From Pseudomonadota bacterium (GTDB taxonomy: Bacteria; Pseudomonadota; Gammaproteobacteria; Burkholderiales; JAKAFK01): DNA of 64,000 nt. Shown here one piece after another: positions 19,761 to 27,532 of this stretch. Both the position numbers and the translations under genes were made by a program. The notes under the pieces are model-generated. The model ran no database searches. It saw nothing but the letters and a program-made list of their open reading frames with translations, and was not told the origin of the DNA. The stretch spans positions 18,710 to 82,709 of the forward strand of contig JAKAFK010000010.1 of assembly GCA_021817985.1 (NCBI GenBank). Reading direction: 5' to 3'. Within the stretch, counting starts at the first letter, position 1. Each line of letters begins with the position of its first letter.

Positions 19761-20689
19761 AGGTGCGGCCCTCGATGCTCCTCACGCTCGTCTTCGCACT
19801 GGCACTGTTCGCGTTCGTCTTGAGCATGAGCGATCTGCCCAGGGTGCTCGGACGCCTGCGGCGTTTGCAGGCCAGCGCGATCCTCGGCGCGGTTGCATTG
19901 GCCTGGGCCTATTGGGCGCTGAAGGCGGTGCAGCTCAAATGGCTGCTGGGCCGGTTGGGCATCGGCCTGTCCTGGCGCTCCTTGCTGCGCGCCTATGCGG
20001 TGGGCGAGCTCGGCGTGACCCTGCCGACGGGCGTGTACATGCAGAATTACGTGCTGCGTCGCCAGCACGGCGAGGACTTCGCACGCTCGGCGGCCGCCAC
20101 CACGGCCTCCACGCTGAGCGAAACCGCGCTCGTCGCTCTTCTCCTTTTCTGGCTCAAGATCCCGGGTTGGCAGTGGATGCGTCCTGCCCTGGCGGGGTTG
20201 ACCCTTCTGAGCCTGTTGCTCGGTGCCGCTGTGTTCCATGGCTACCCGCGCATTGCCAGCCTGTGGCGCGGGCGCGACGGCTCTTTTCTGGCGCGCCTCG
20301 CGCAAGGGTTCGCGAGAATGTCCGAGGCCCTGCGGGCATTGAGTTCCCCCGTCGTCGTCGTGTCGACCCTGCCCTTGTCTTCGGCTTATCTTGCGGCCCT
20401 GGTCGGGGCGTTCAGGCTGTTGGCGCACGGGGTGGGCCTTGCGGGCGTGACCTTTGCCCAGGCGGCGACGATCTATGGCGTTTCCCTTGGGGCGGCGCTG
20501 CTGCTGGGTGGCGTACTTTCCCAATGGGGTCTCGTCGAAGCGGTGGGATCCCTGGCGGCCCAGGCCTGGGGCTACAGCTTCACGCAAGGGTTGTCGATGG
20601 TCCTGGCCTTTCGCCTGGTCTGGACCGGCGCCATCTGGCTCATCAGCGCCCCTTTCGCATTCGGGGCCTGGCGGCGAATCGCCGATTAG
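19757..20689 (+). CDS. hpnL: HpnL-like integral membrane protein (UPF0104 / LPG-synthase-TM, flippase-like family)
   Basis: Polytopic hydrophobic protein (MLLTLVFALALFAFVL...AILGAVALAWAYWALKAVQLKWLL...). Family recalled as the hopanoid-associated HpnL class. Alternative start at ATG 19775. Confidence 0.6.
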   Translation: MKVRPSMLLTLVFALALFAFVLSMSDLPRVLGRLRRLQASAILGAVALAWAYWALKAVQLKWLLGRLGIGLSWRSLLRAYAVGELGVTLPTGVYMQNYVLRRQHGEDFARSAAATTASTLSETALVALLLFWLKIPGWQWMRPALAGLTLLSLLLGAAVFHGYPRIASLWRGRDGSFLARLAQGFARMSEALRALSSPVVVVSTLPLSSAYLAALVGAFRLLAHGVGLAGVTFAQAATIYGVSLGAALLLGGVLSQWGLVEAVGSLAAQAWGYSFTQGLSMVLAFRLVWTGAIWLISAPFAFGAWRRIAD

Positions 20690-21807
20690 GCCTCGATCGC
20701 GGCCAGAAAGCGCTCCACCGAAACGGAGGTCGGGCGGGGCGCGGACAGGCCGGGATAGCGCTCGGCAATCGCCACGTCCCGCGCCAGCCGCAAATCTTTT
20801 TGCCGTACGCCGTAGGCGTGCCCGAGGCGGTGGTGATAGGCGGCGAGATATTCCTGTTCGCTTTGTCCGAGCGTCGGGACGAGGAGTGCACGCTTGCCCA
20901 GTTCGGCGAGTTCCATCACCGTCGTATAGCCTGAGCGGGTCACGACGAGGCGGGCGCGATTCATCATGGCCTCTTGCGTCGCGCGGTCCATGAAGCTGTG
21001 AACCGCGAGGCGTCCATCGTCGGAAACGGCAGGGGCGAGGTCGGGCCGGCCCAGGGTGATCACGACACGCCCGCGTAGCTGCGGGGCCTGCGCGAGCACG
21101 AGCCGCTCGAAGATCGTGCGCTGCGGCTCTGCGCCGGAGATGCTGATGAAGGTGTCGATGTCCTGAGGCAGATCCTGCTTGCGTATCCTCGACAGGATTC
21201 CGATGTACTCCAGCCGATTCTGCCAGTCGCAAGCCAGATGGTGGCACAACTCGCCGGCAAGGCCGTCCTCGTCGTCATCGGGCACCAGGATCTTTCTCGC
21301 CTTGAACAGGAGCGCGCGCTGGTTTCTTTCGACGAACGTCTCGAGGGCGCGCGGACGCCCTGGGATGATCTGGCGTGGGGAATGAAAAAGGAAGTAGCTC
21401 GGGATCACGGGGTGGTGGACGCCTAAGCGGCTGTCCGAAATGATTCGGTCGAAACGGCGATCGCGGCATAAGGTCTCGACCAGGCGTTGCTCGCGACGGA
21501 ACGTCTCGAAGACCGCCGGCATGGCGAGGCTCATCCGGATATAGAACAAAAACGCCCTGCGGCTCAGTGGCTTGGGGATGTCGCGCAGTTCGACGAAGGT
21601 GCAGCTCGCGCCCAGTTCCTGTCTGAGCAGCGCCGCCGCGCGGCCGGCGCAGACGACGGTGACTTCGTGCCCCCGGGTGAGCAACGCCCGGATCAGCACG
21701 AGGCCGCGTGTCGCATGGCCGAGGCCCCAGTCGTGAACGGCGAAGAGGACGCGCAGTCTTTCCACAGGGACTTCCGATTGAATGGCGGGACGCGTTTCTC
21801 TCGCCAT
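20686..21807 (-). CDS. GT-B glycosyltransferase (MurG/MJ1255-like family), substrate unknown
   Basis: LRVLFAVHDWGLGHATRGLVLIRALLTRGHEV (G-x-G-H N-domain motif)...VVTRSGYTTVMELAELGKRALLVP. Its 3' end overlaps the hpnL stop (convergent). Confidence 0.7.
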   Translation of the reverse strand: MARETRPAIQSEVPVERLRVLFAVHDWGLGHATRGLVLIRALLTRGHEVTVVCAGRAAALLRQELGASCTFVELRDIPKPLSRRAFLFYIRMSLAMPAVFETFRREQRLVETLCRDRRFDRIISDSRLGVHHPVIPSYFLFHSPRQIIPGRPRALETFVERNQRALLFKARKILVPDDDEDGLAGELCHHLACDWQNRLEYIGILSRIRKQDLPQDIDTFISISGAEPQRTIFERLVLAQAPQLRGRVVITLGRPDLAPAVSDDGRLAVHSFMDRATQEAMMNRARLVVTRSGYTTVMELAELGKRALLVPTLGQSEQEYLAAYHHRLGHAYGVRQKDLRLARDVAIAERYPGLSAPRPTSVSVERFLAAIEA

Positions 21808-22017
21808 TATAGTGAGCGAACCGTTGCCCGCGTCGCGAGGGCCATTTGAAACGGCGGCCGCCCGGGCGCCAAGCGGGGCGCGCCGATTGGCCGAGAGGTC
21901 TTGACGCGCCTAGGGGGGCGTCCTATAAAACAATTGTGTTCGCGGCGCGTCGGGTTCCCTGCGGGCGTAGGTCAGCCGTTCTTCCCTTCCAACCCATCAA
22001 CATGTCGGGAGATCGTC

Positions 22018-22386
22018 ATGAAAAATAGTGCTCTGTTTCGGCTCGTTAGCCGGCTCTTGATCGTGAGTATGCTGTGGTTGCCGTTCTCTGCGAGCGCGGC
22101 GATGGTGGGAACGAGCCAGTTGGTCGCGCCCACGCAAGTCCAGTTGGACCGTCAAAAGCTGGACAGCTTTGTCGCCCGTGCGGACGTGACCAAACAGCTC
22201 GAAGCCTTGGGTATCCGCCCGAGTGTGGCCAAGCAGCGCGTCGCCGGGCTCACCGATGAGGAAGTTCAACAGGTTTCGGGCCATCTCAATGGCCTGCCTG
22301 CCGGCGGCACCAGCGGCTGGGCGATCGCGGCGGGGGTGATCGTGATTGCGCTGATCGTGTGGGCCCTCTATACGTACAATACGTGA
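22018..22386 (+). CDS. PA2779-family-like small membrane-anchored protein (122 aa)
   Basis: ATG 22018 follows GGGAG. It has an N-terminal signal/TM (LLIVSMLWLPFSASAA), a polar middle and a C-terminal TM (GWAIAAGVIVIALIVWALY). It is paired with the downstream C39-like peptidase, as recalled for PA2779/PA2778 pairs. Confidence 0.6.
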   Translation: MKNSALFRLVSRLLIVSMLWLPFSASAAMVGTSQLVAPTQVQLDRQKLDSFVARADVTKQLEALGIRPSVAKQRVAGLTDEEVQQVSGHLNGLPAGGTSGWAIAAGVIVIALIVWALYTYNT

Positions 22387-22495
22387 TCGGCGAACGACTC
22401 AAGCCTCATTATCGACCATGAGGTGCCATGGGCCCGAGCCGGCCAGGAGCCGGCTCGGGCCTTGTTCGTCACACGCCACTCAAAACCCGTCTCCC

Positions 22496-23578
22496 ATGCA
22501 AAAAAACGACCTTCGGCGAACGCCGGCCCCGGATGTGGCTGCCCCTTCGATGCGGTTCTTGAACGACAATGGCGAATCCAGGCGGCGGAGCGGTTTTCGC
22601 TCCATCGTCCAGCTGTGCGCCGCGGCGTGCGCGCTGGCGTTGGGCGGATGCGCCACGCTGCTGCCGCAGACGGCAGCGCTGCATGCCCATCCGCCGACAG
22701 GCATCCCCTCGCATGTCGAGCTCAGCCAAGTCCCCTTCTTTCCTCAGGAGGGTGATCAATGCGGACCGACTTCCTTGTCCGAAACGATCGATGCGGCGGG
22801 AGCGAAGACGACGCCGGAGAGTCTGCGCTCGGAAGTCTATTTGCCTGAGCGGCGTGGCAGCCTCCAAGTTGAAATGCTTGCCGCCGCACGGCAGGCGGGC
22901 ATGATCGCGTACCCGCTCGCGCCCAAGCTGGTGGACGTGCTGAAGGAGGTGGCCGCGGGCACTCCGGTCATCGTGCTGCAAGACTATGGCTTCAACGGAC
23001 ATTATTTCCTTCTTCCGGACTGGTTCCACGTCTGGCATTATGCGGTGGTCGTCGGCTACGATCTGCCGAAGAGCCTGGTCGTGTTGCGCTCTGGACAAAA
23101 GCGGCGTCTCGTCATGCCCTTTGGCGTGTTCGAATACCTTTGGAGGGACAGCGGGGAATGGGCCATGATCACGACCTCGCCCGACCGGATGCCGGTGACG
23201 GCCGGGAAAGCCCGCTACACGCGGGCGGCGGTCGCTCTGGAGGAAGTGGGCCAGGTCAAGGCCGCCCGAGCCGCGTATGGGACCTTGCTGAGGCGCTGGC
23301 CGGGCAGCCTGACCGGCTTGATGGGCGAGGGCAATACCGCCTACGCGCTGGGAGACAAGGCGGCCGCGGAGGCGGCTTTCCGCCGAGCCGCGCGGCTGCA
23401 TCCCACCTCCACGGCCGCGTTCAACAACCTTGCTCAAACGCTCGCCGACGAGGGGCACCGGGCGCGGGCGCTGGTGGCGGCACGCCGAGCGGTTCAATTG
23501 GGCGGCCCTCTCAGAGCGACCGCGGAGGCGACACTGAAGTCCATCCTTGCCCAACGATCGGGCGCCTCGTCCGACTGA
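22496..23578 (+). CDS. PA2778-family-like cysteine peptidase lipoprotein (C39-like domain + C-terminal TPR)
   Basis: Lipobox (LALGGCATLL). C39-like Cys (FFPQEGDQCGPTSLSE) and His (WHYAVVVGYD). TPR-like C-terminus (NTAYALGDKAAAEAAFRRAARLHP...). The start (22496 vs 22550) is uncertain. Confidence 0.7.
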   Translation: MQKNDLRRTPAPDVAAPSMRFLNDNGESRRRSGFRSIVQLCAAACALALGGCATLLPQTAALHAHPPTGIPSHVELSQVPFFPQEGDQCGPTSLSETIDAAGAKTTPESLRSEVYLPERRGSLQVEMLAAARQAGMIAYPLAPKLVDVLKEVAAGTPVIVLQDYGFNGHYFLLPDWFHVWHYAVVVGYDLPKSLVVLRSGQKRRLVMPFGVFEYLWRDSGEWAMITTSPDRMPVTAGKARYTRAAVALEEVGQVKAARAAYGTLLRRWPGSLTGLMGEGNTAYALGDKAAAEAAFRRAARLHPTSTAAFNNLAQTLADEGHRARALVAARRAVQLGGPLRATAEATLKSILAQRSGASSD

Positions 23579-23636
23579 TCCGGCGCGTTGCTGTGCGCGG
23601 ACCTCAGGCGGGTCGGAACCTGGACTGATCGTCCAC

Positions 23637-24602
23637 TTGAAGAACTGTTACTATCGCGGCCGTTTCGCCCCATCGCCCACCGGTCGCCTTCACTTCGGGT
23701 CGCTCGTCGCTGCCGTGAGCAGCTATCTGTGCGCGCGGGCGGCATCCGGGGAATGGCTGGTCCGCATCGAAGATGTTGATCCGGCAAGGGAGGTTGCAGG
23801 AGCCGCAGATGATATCCTGCGCACCCTCGCGGGACTGGGGCTGGAGTGGGATGCGCCCGTGCTTTACCAGAGTGCACGCCAAGAGGCGTACGCGGCCGCG
23901 CTCGACGCACTGCATCGGCGGGGACTGACCTACCCGTGCGGTTGTGCTCGGCGTGATTGGGCGGAAGGTTCCGGCCAGGGCATTTATCCGGGCACGTGCC
24001 GCAACGGACTTCCGGCGGGCCGAGAGCCGCGGGCCTGGCGCGTGAAGGTGGCCGATGAGCCCATCATCTTCCAGGATGCGGTGCAAGGCACGGTCTCCCA
24101 GAACTTGGCCGGCGCGGTGGGCGATTTCGTGGTGCGGCGCGCGGACGGGTGGGTAGCCTACCAGCTTGCCGTGGTGGTCGACGATGCCTACCAGGGGATG
24201 ACCGATGTTGTGCGCGGAGCCGATCTGCTCGATTCGACCCCGCGCCAGATCTATCTGCAGGGGCAACTGGGGTTGCCGACTCCGCGGTATCTGCACGTGC
24301 CTGTGGCCGTGAATGCGCTCGGGCAGAAGCTTTCCAAGCAGACGCTGGCGGCCCCGGTCGATGGCGCCGACGGTGTCGCCGTGCTGATGGACGTGTTGCG
24401 GTTTCTCGGCCATGCCCCGCCGGCCGGGTTGCGCCACGCCGGACTCGCTGTCTTTTGGCGCTGGGCGGTGAGCCATTGGAATCCCGCCCGCATCCCGCGG
24501 CTTGCTATGATCGGCACCTCGGGCTCCCGCCTTGGCCCGTGCACCGAAGCGCCCTGCGGCAGACCGGTTGGGCAGCCTGAGGCGATCGAAAGGCTGGATT
24601 AA
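23637..24602 (+). CDS. gluQ: glutamyl-Q tRNA(Asp) synthetase
   Basis: YRGRFAPSPTGRLHFGSLVAAV...WLVRIEDVDPAR...YPCGCAR...VVDD. This is a GluRS catalytic-domain paralog lacking the anticodon domain. Start inferred at TTG 23637 (MKNCYYRGRFAPSPTG). Confidence 0.85.
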   Translation: MKNCYYRGRFAPSPTGRLHFGSLVAAVSSYLCARAASGEWLVRIEDVDPAREVAGAADDILRTLAGLGLEWDAPVLYQSARQEAYAAALDALHRRGLTYPCGCARRDWAEGSGQGIYPGTCRNGLPAGREPRAWRVKVADEPIIFQDAVQGTVSQNLAGAVGDFVVRRADGWVAYQLAVVVDDAYQGMTDVVRGADLLDSTPRQIYLQGQLGLPTPRYLHVPVAVNALGQKLSKQTLAAPVDGADGVAVLMDVLRFLGHAPPAGLRHAGLAVFWRWAVSHWNPARIPRLAMIGTSGSRLGPCTEAPCGRPVGQPEAIERLD

Positions 24603-24709
24603 CAATCAGGCTGTGCGGGCGGGAATGCATTGTTCTATACTTGTCGAAAACAATGACAACAGCGTCGATAATATGACCCAGTCCCTTCATGGCGTTCCGG
24701 AGGGGGCGG

Positions 24710-24784
24710 ATGGAGCGGACTATGTTGCACCTGTTTGGATTTTTGATGTTGGGCACTGTGCTTTTCGTGTTGGTCACCGCATAG
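24710..24784 (+). CDS. candidate 24-aa hydrophobic mini-protein
   Basis: Manual read: GGAGGGGGCGG-ATG GAG CGG ACT ATG TTG ... GCA TAG, giving MERTMLHLFGFLMLGTVLFVLVTA. It has a strong SD and one predicted TM helix. It lies in an AT-richer spacer between gluQ and hslO and is below the ORF-track length cut-off. Confidence 0.3.
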   Translation: MERTMLHLFGFLMLGTVLFVLVTA

Positions 24785-24892
24785 CGCCTTGTTTTCCGTT
24801 CGGGGCGACAGTTGGCCCCACACCTTGTTTCGGTTCGCCCGTGCGGGTCTTCCACTGGCCGGTTGATGCCTGCGGGGCCATAGGCGGCGCGA

Positions 24893-25759
24893 TTGGACAG
24901 TTTACAGCGGTTTGTGTTTGAGGCGGCACCGGTGCGCGGGGAGATCGTCCATCTTGAGGCGACCTGGCGAGCCGTGCTCGATCGTCATCCCTATCCCCCT
25001 CCCTTGTCGGCGTTGCTTGGCGAATTGATGGCCGCGGCCGCGCTTTTGTCGGCGACGATCAAGTTTTCCGGCTCGATGATCATGCAGCTCTATGGCAGCC
25101 GTGCCGTCAAGCTGGTCGTGGTCGAGTGCACGAGCCAAGGGACGATGCGGGCCACGGCCAAGTGGGAGGGCGAGGTGCCTTCCGGCGCGCTTGCCGACAT
25201 CCTCGGCGAAGGCCGGTTCGTCATCACGCTGGATCCTCAGGAACCGTCCACGCAGGCCTATCAGGGCATCGTGGCGCTGGAAGGGCGCTCGGTTGCCGAG
25301 GTTCTGGAAAACTACATGCGCCGTTCGGAGCAACTGGATACGTCGATCCGGCTCGCGGTGGATCGGGACCATGCGGCCGGCATGATGCTGCAGCGGTTGC
25401 CGGGCGAAAGCCCGGATCCCGATGCGTGGAATCGCGCGGTACGCCTCGGGGCGACGATCACCTCGCAGGAGTTGCTGGGCCTCGCGGCCCCGGAAATCAT
25501 CCGCCGCCTTTTCCACGAGGAAGATATTCGCCTGTTCGATCGCACCCCGGTGAGCTTCCGGTGCTCGTGCTCCCCCGAACGTGTCGCCAACATGCTGAGA
25601 ATGTTGGGACGCGAGGAGGTGGAGGCCATCATCGCCGAGCAGGGCCAGGTCGACGTGCGATGCGAGTTTTGCAATCGGGGATACGCGTTCGACGCCGTGG
25701 ATGCGGCACAGCTTTTCGCCGCACAAATTCCCTTGCCGGCCTCCTCGAAGCTGCACTGA
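24893..25759 (+). CDS. hslO: redox-regulated chaperone Hsp33
   Basis: FVFEAAPVRGEIVHLEATW... plus the C-terminal zinc centre CSCSPERV...CEFCNRGY. The TTG start is the first start codon after an in-frame stop. Confidence 0.92.
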   Translation: MDSLQRFVFEAAPVRGEIVHLEATWRAVLDRHPYPPPLSALLGELMAAAALLSATIKFSGSMIMQLYGSRAVKLVVVECTSQGTMRATAKWEGEVPSGALADILGEGRFVITLDPQEPSTQAYQGIVALEGRSVAEVLENYMRRSEQLDTSIRLAVDRDHAAGMMLQRLPGESPDPDAWNRAVRLGATITSQELLGLAAPEIIRRLFHEEDIRLFDRTPVSFRCSCSPERVANMLRMLGREEVEAIIAEQGQVDVRCEFCNRGYAFDAVDAAQLFAAQIPLPASSKLH

Positions 25760-25810
25760 CGGGAGGTTCGGTGAGCGCTTGCGGGGTTTCCCCCATTTGG
25801 ATGATTCTCC

Positions 25811-26200
25811 ATGCGCGACGACCCTGACAGGCTCCGCATCGACAAATGGCTGTGGGCCGCGCGTTTCTTCAAGACACGTTCGGCGGCGGCACAGGCTTGC
25901 GAGGCCGGCAAGGTCAAGGCGGACGGCGAGCGGGTGAAGCCGGCCAAGACCGTTCAAGTGGGTCGAGTGCTCTCCATTCGCATCGGACCATACGATTTCG
26001 GGGTCGTGGTGCGGGCCCTGTCCGATGTTCGCGGACCGGCGGCCCAGGCTGCACGGCTCTATGAGGAAACCGAGGCGAGTCGGCAGGCGCGCGAGGCACT
26101 GGCCCTGCAGCTGAAAGCCGAGCGGGCCAACGCGGCCCCCTTCAAGGGGCGGCCCACGAAGAAAGCGCGTCGTCAGATCATTCGTTTCACGGGGACTTGA
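25811..26200 (+). CDS. hslR: heat-shock protein 15 (S4-domain ribosome-associated RNA-binding protein)
   Basis: LRIDKWLWAARFFKTRSAAAQACEAGKVKADGERVKPAK. This is an S4 domain adjacent to hslO. Confidence 0.88.
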   Translation: MRDDPDRLRIDKWLWAARFFKTRSAAAQACEAGKVKADGERVKPAKTVQVGRVLSIRIGPYDFGVVVRALSDVRGPAAQAARLYEETEASRQAREALALQLKAERANAAPFKGRPTKKARRQIIRFTGT

Positions 26201-26399
26201 GCGCCGGGGAGCGTGACCGGAGAGGCTGCGCCGATCCTGAAGGGGACGATGGCCGAGTCGGTGGGCAGGATGGCCGCCCGAGACCGGGCACGAGAGGACG
26301 CGCGATCACGGAGCGCCATGTCACGTCCGCAGCGCGATCTTGGAGGTGTCGCGCCACAAGGGGTCGCACGAGCACGCCCCGAATGCGCGAAGCGGGAGG

Positions 26400-26885
26400 T
26401 TATTTCTCCTTGATGCGTTTGCGTGCCACCATGCGTGAACCGTAGTAGCTCCGCATCGCGTCTTCGCTGATGAGGTTCTGGCTGGGGCTGGCGCGTGAAA
26501 CGCCCTTGCGCGCCTCCTGCCACGGCGCTTCCTCGTGGGTCATCTCCTCCAGTTTCTTGGCGGAGTATTGCCCATAGATGTCCCACACTTCGTCGAGGAA
26601 GTTGTTGGTGTCGTGGTCGAGGGCCGGCGCGTTCGACTTCACTTCGTCCAGCGGAATCGGATTCCAGGACAGATGGCGGAACCGCTCATAGACCGGACGG
26701 CACACGGGCCCGTGCAGCCACGCTTCGATCTTATGCTTGAACAGGGGTTTCCCGAACATGGCCAGATGCCAAGCTTGGGCATAGTAGACCAGTTTTTGCA
26801 ACTTGAGATGCGTGATGTGGTCTCCCGCCTCGGGATCCACCCGGAGGATGAAGTAATCCGCTACCGCGTCTACTGATACGGCCAT
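26400..26885 (-). CDS. Panacea-domain (DUF4065, SocA/GepA-like) antitoxin-type protein
   Basis: ITHLKLQKLVYYAQAWHLAMFGKPLFKHKIEAWLHGPVCRPVYERF matches the DUF4065 core signature (KLQKL.YYAQ.W......PLF....EAW..GPV.P..Y). AAGGAG SD lies 7 nt upstream of the ATG. The gene is visibly lower in GC than its neighbours. Confidence 0.8.
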   Translation of the reverse strand: MAVSVDAVADYFILRVDPEAGDHITHLKLQKLVYYAQAWHLAMFGKPLFKHKIEAWLHGPVCRPVYERFRHLSWNPIPLDEVKSNAPALDHDTNNFLDEVWDIYGQYSAKKLEEMTHEEAPWQEARKGVSRASPSQNLISEDAMRSYYGSRMVARKRIKEK

Positions 26886-26913
26886 TAGACGTCTCCTTTT
26901 GGAACTTGATCAC

Positions 26914-26936
26914 GACGCGTGCCAAGCATACGCGTC
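26914..26936. promoter_or_regulatory. inverted repeat GACGCGT-N9-ACGCGTC upstream of the Panacea gene
   Basis: Read directly, 29-51 nt upstream of the Panacea-gene start. Possible operator. Confidence 0.3.
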
Positions 26937-27014
26937 TTATGTTTCAGTGCGATGAGACCTGTGTTACGGTTGTTTGCCGCAGGCATGGTCGGCCAGTCCC
27001 GAACGCCGTGCCCT

Positions 27015-27059
27015 TCTGAAAAAATGTTCCCTGCCTTGCCTGATCCACCGCAAGGCAGG
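27015..27059 (-). terminator. rho-independent terminator candidate (minus strand)
   Basis: Perfect 10-bp stem CCTGCCTTGC / GCAAGGCAGG (27030..27059) with a 10-nt loop. On the minus strand it is followed by GAACATTTTTTCAG (T6 at 27024..27019). Confidence 0.45.
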
Positions 27060-27276
27060 ACGATTCTCGTCCCTTGCCCGGAAGGTGCAGCCTCCGAATC
27101 ACCGCTGCCAAGGGTCTTCCGTATGGGGATGTGCGCAGCCATTGGAGCGTCTGACGCGCGCCCGGCGACACGCGATGCCTGGACACCCAGCGCGCTTGAC
27201 TGAGAAATACAGCGGAATGGACTTCGTCATCTTCGCGAACCGCTGTACAAGCCGCGGTGCCAAACAATATGTAGTT

Positions 27277-27304
27277 AATATAGACACCGGGCAGGCGATT
27301 GCAA
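27277..27304 (-). promoter_or_regulatory. sigma70-like promoter candidate TTGCAA-16 nt-TATATT (minus strand)
   Basis: Hexamers read directly on the minus strand (-35 at 27304..27299, -10 at 27282..27277) in the lowest-GC part of the islet. It points toward the terminator at 27015..27059. Confidence 0.3.
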
Positions 27305-27532
27305 AGGGTATTTCGCGGAAAGCCGCCATATACGCGCGTTTCCGCACTTACATCCATGCCCAGGCGGAGGACTTTTGTCGATCGCCGCGGGCCGTCCCGG
27401 GGTGGAGACGCATGGGCCGGGAGCGCGCCGGCCGACGGTGCGGCCAGCCGGTTGTGAAAGTATGCTAGCATCGGAAGTATTTTTTCGGGCCGCCGCCCTT
27501 TAGCGTGCCGGCGGCCAGCGGCTGAGGGGCGT

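Noticed and set aside
26213-26413. 66-aa (+) ORF, including a 54-aa ATG-started version, convergent with and overlapping the Panacea gene's 3' end, considered as a candidate toxin.
   Set aside because: It is highly Arg/Ala-rich and looks like a shadow frame. The convergent orientation is atypical for toxin-antitoxin pairs, the SD spacing is poor, and it is GC-rich like host DNA rather than the islet.
26897-26935. Sigma-54 promoter upstream of the Panacea gene (TGGCACG on the minus strand).
   Set aside because: The -12 element is missing (GTGA where TTGC is expected; the conserved GC dinucleotide is absent).
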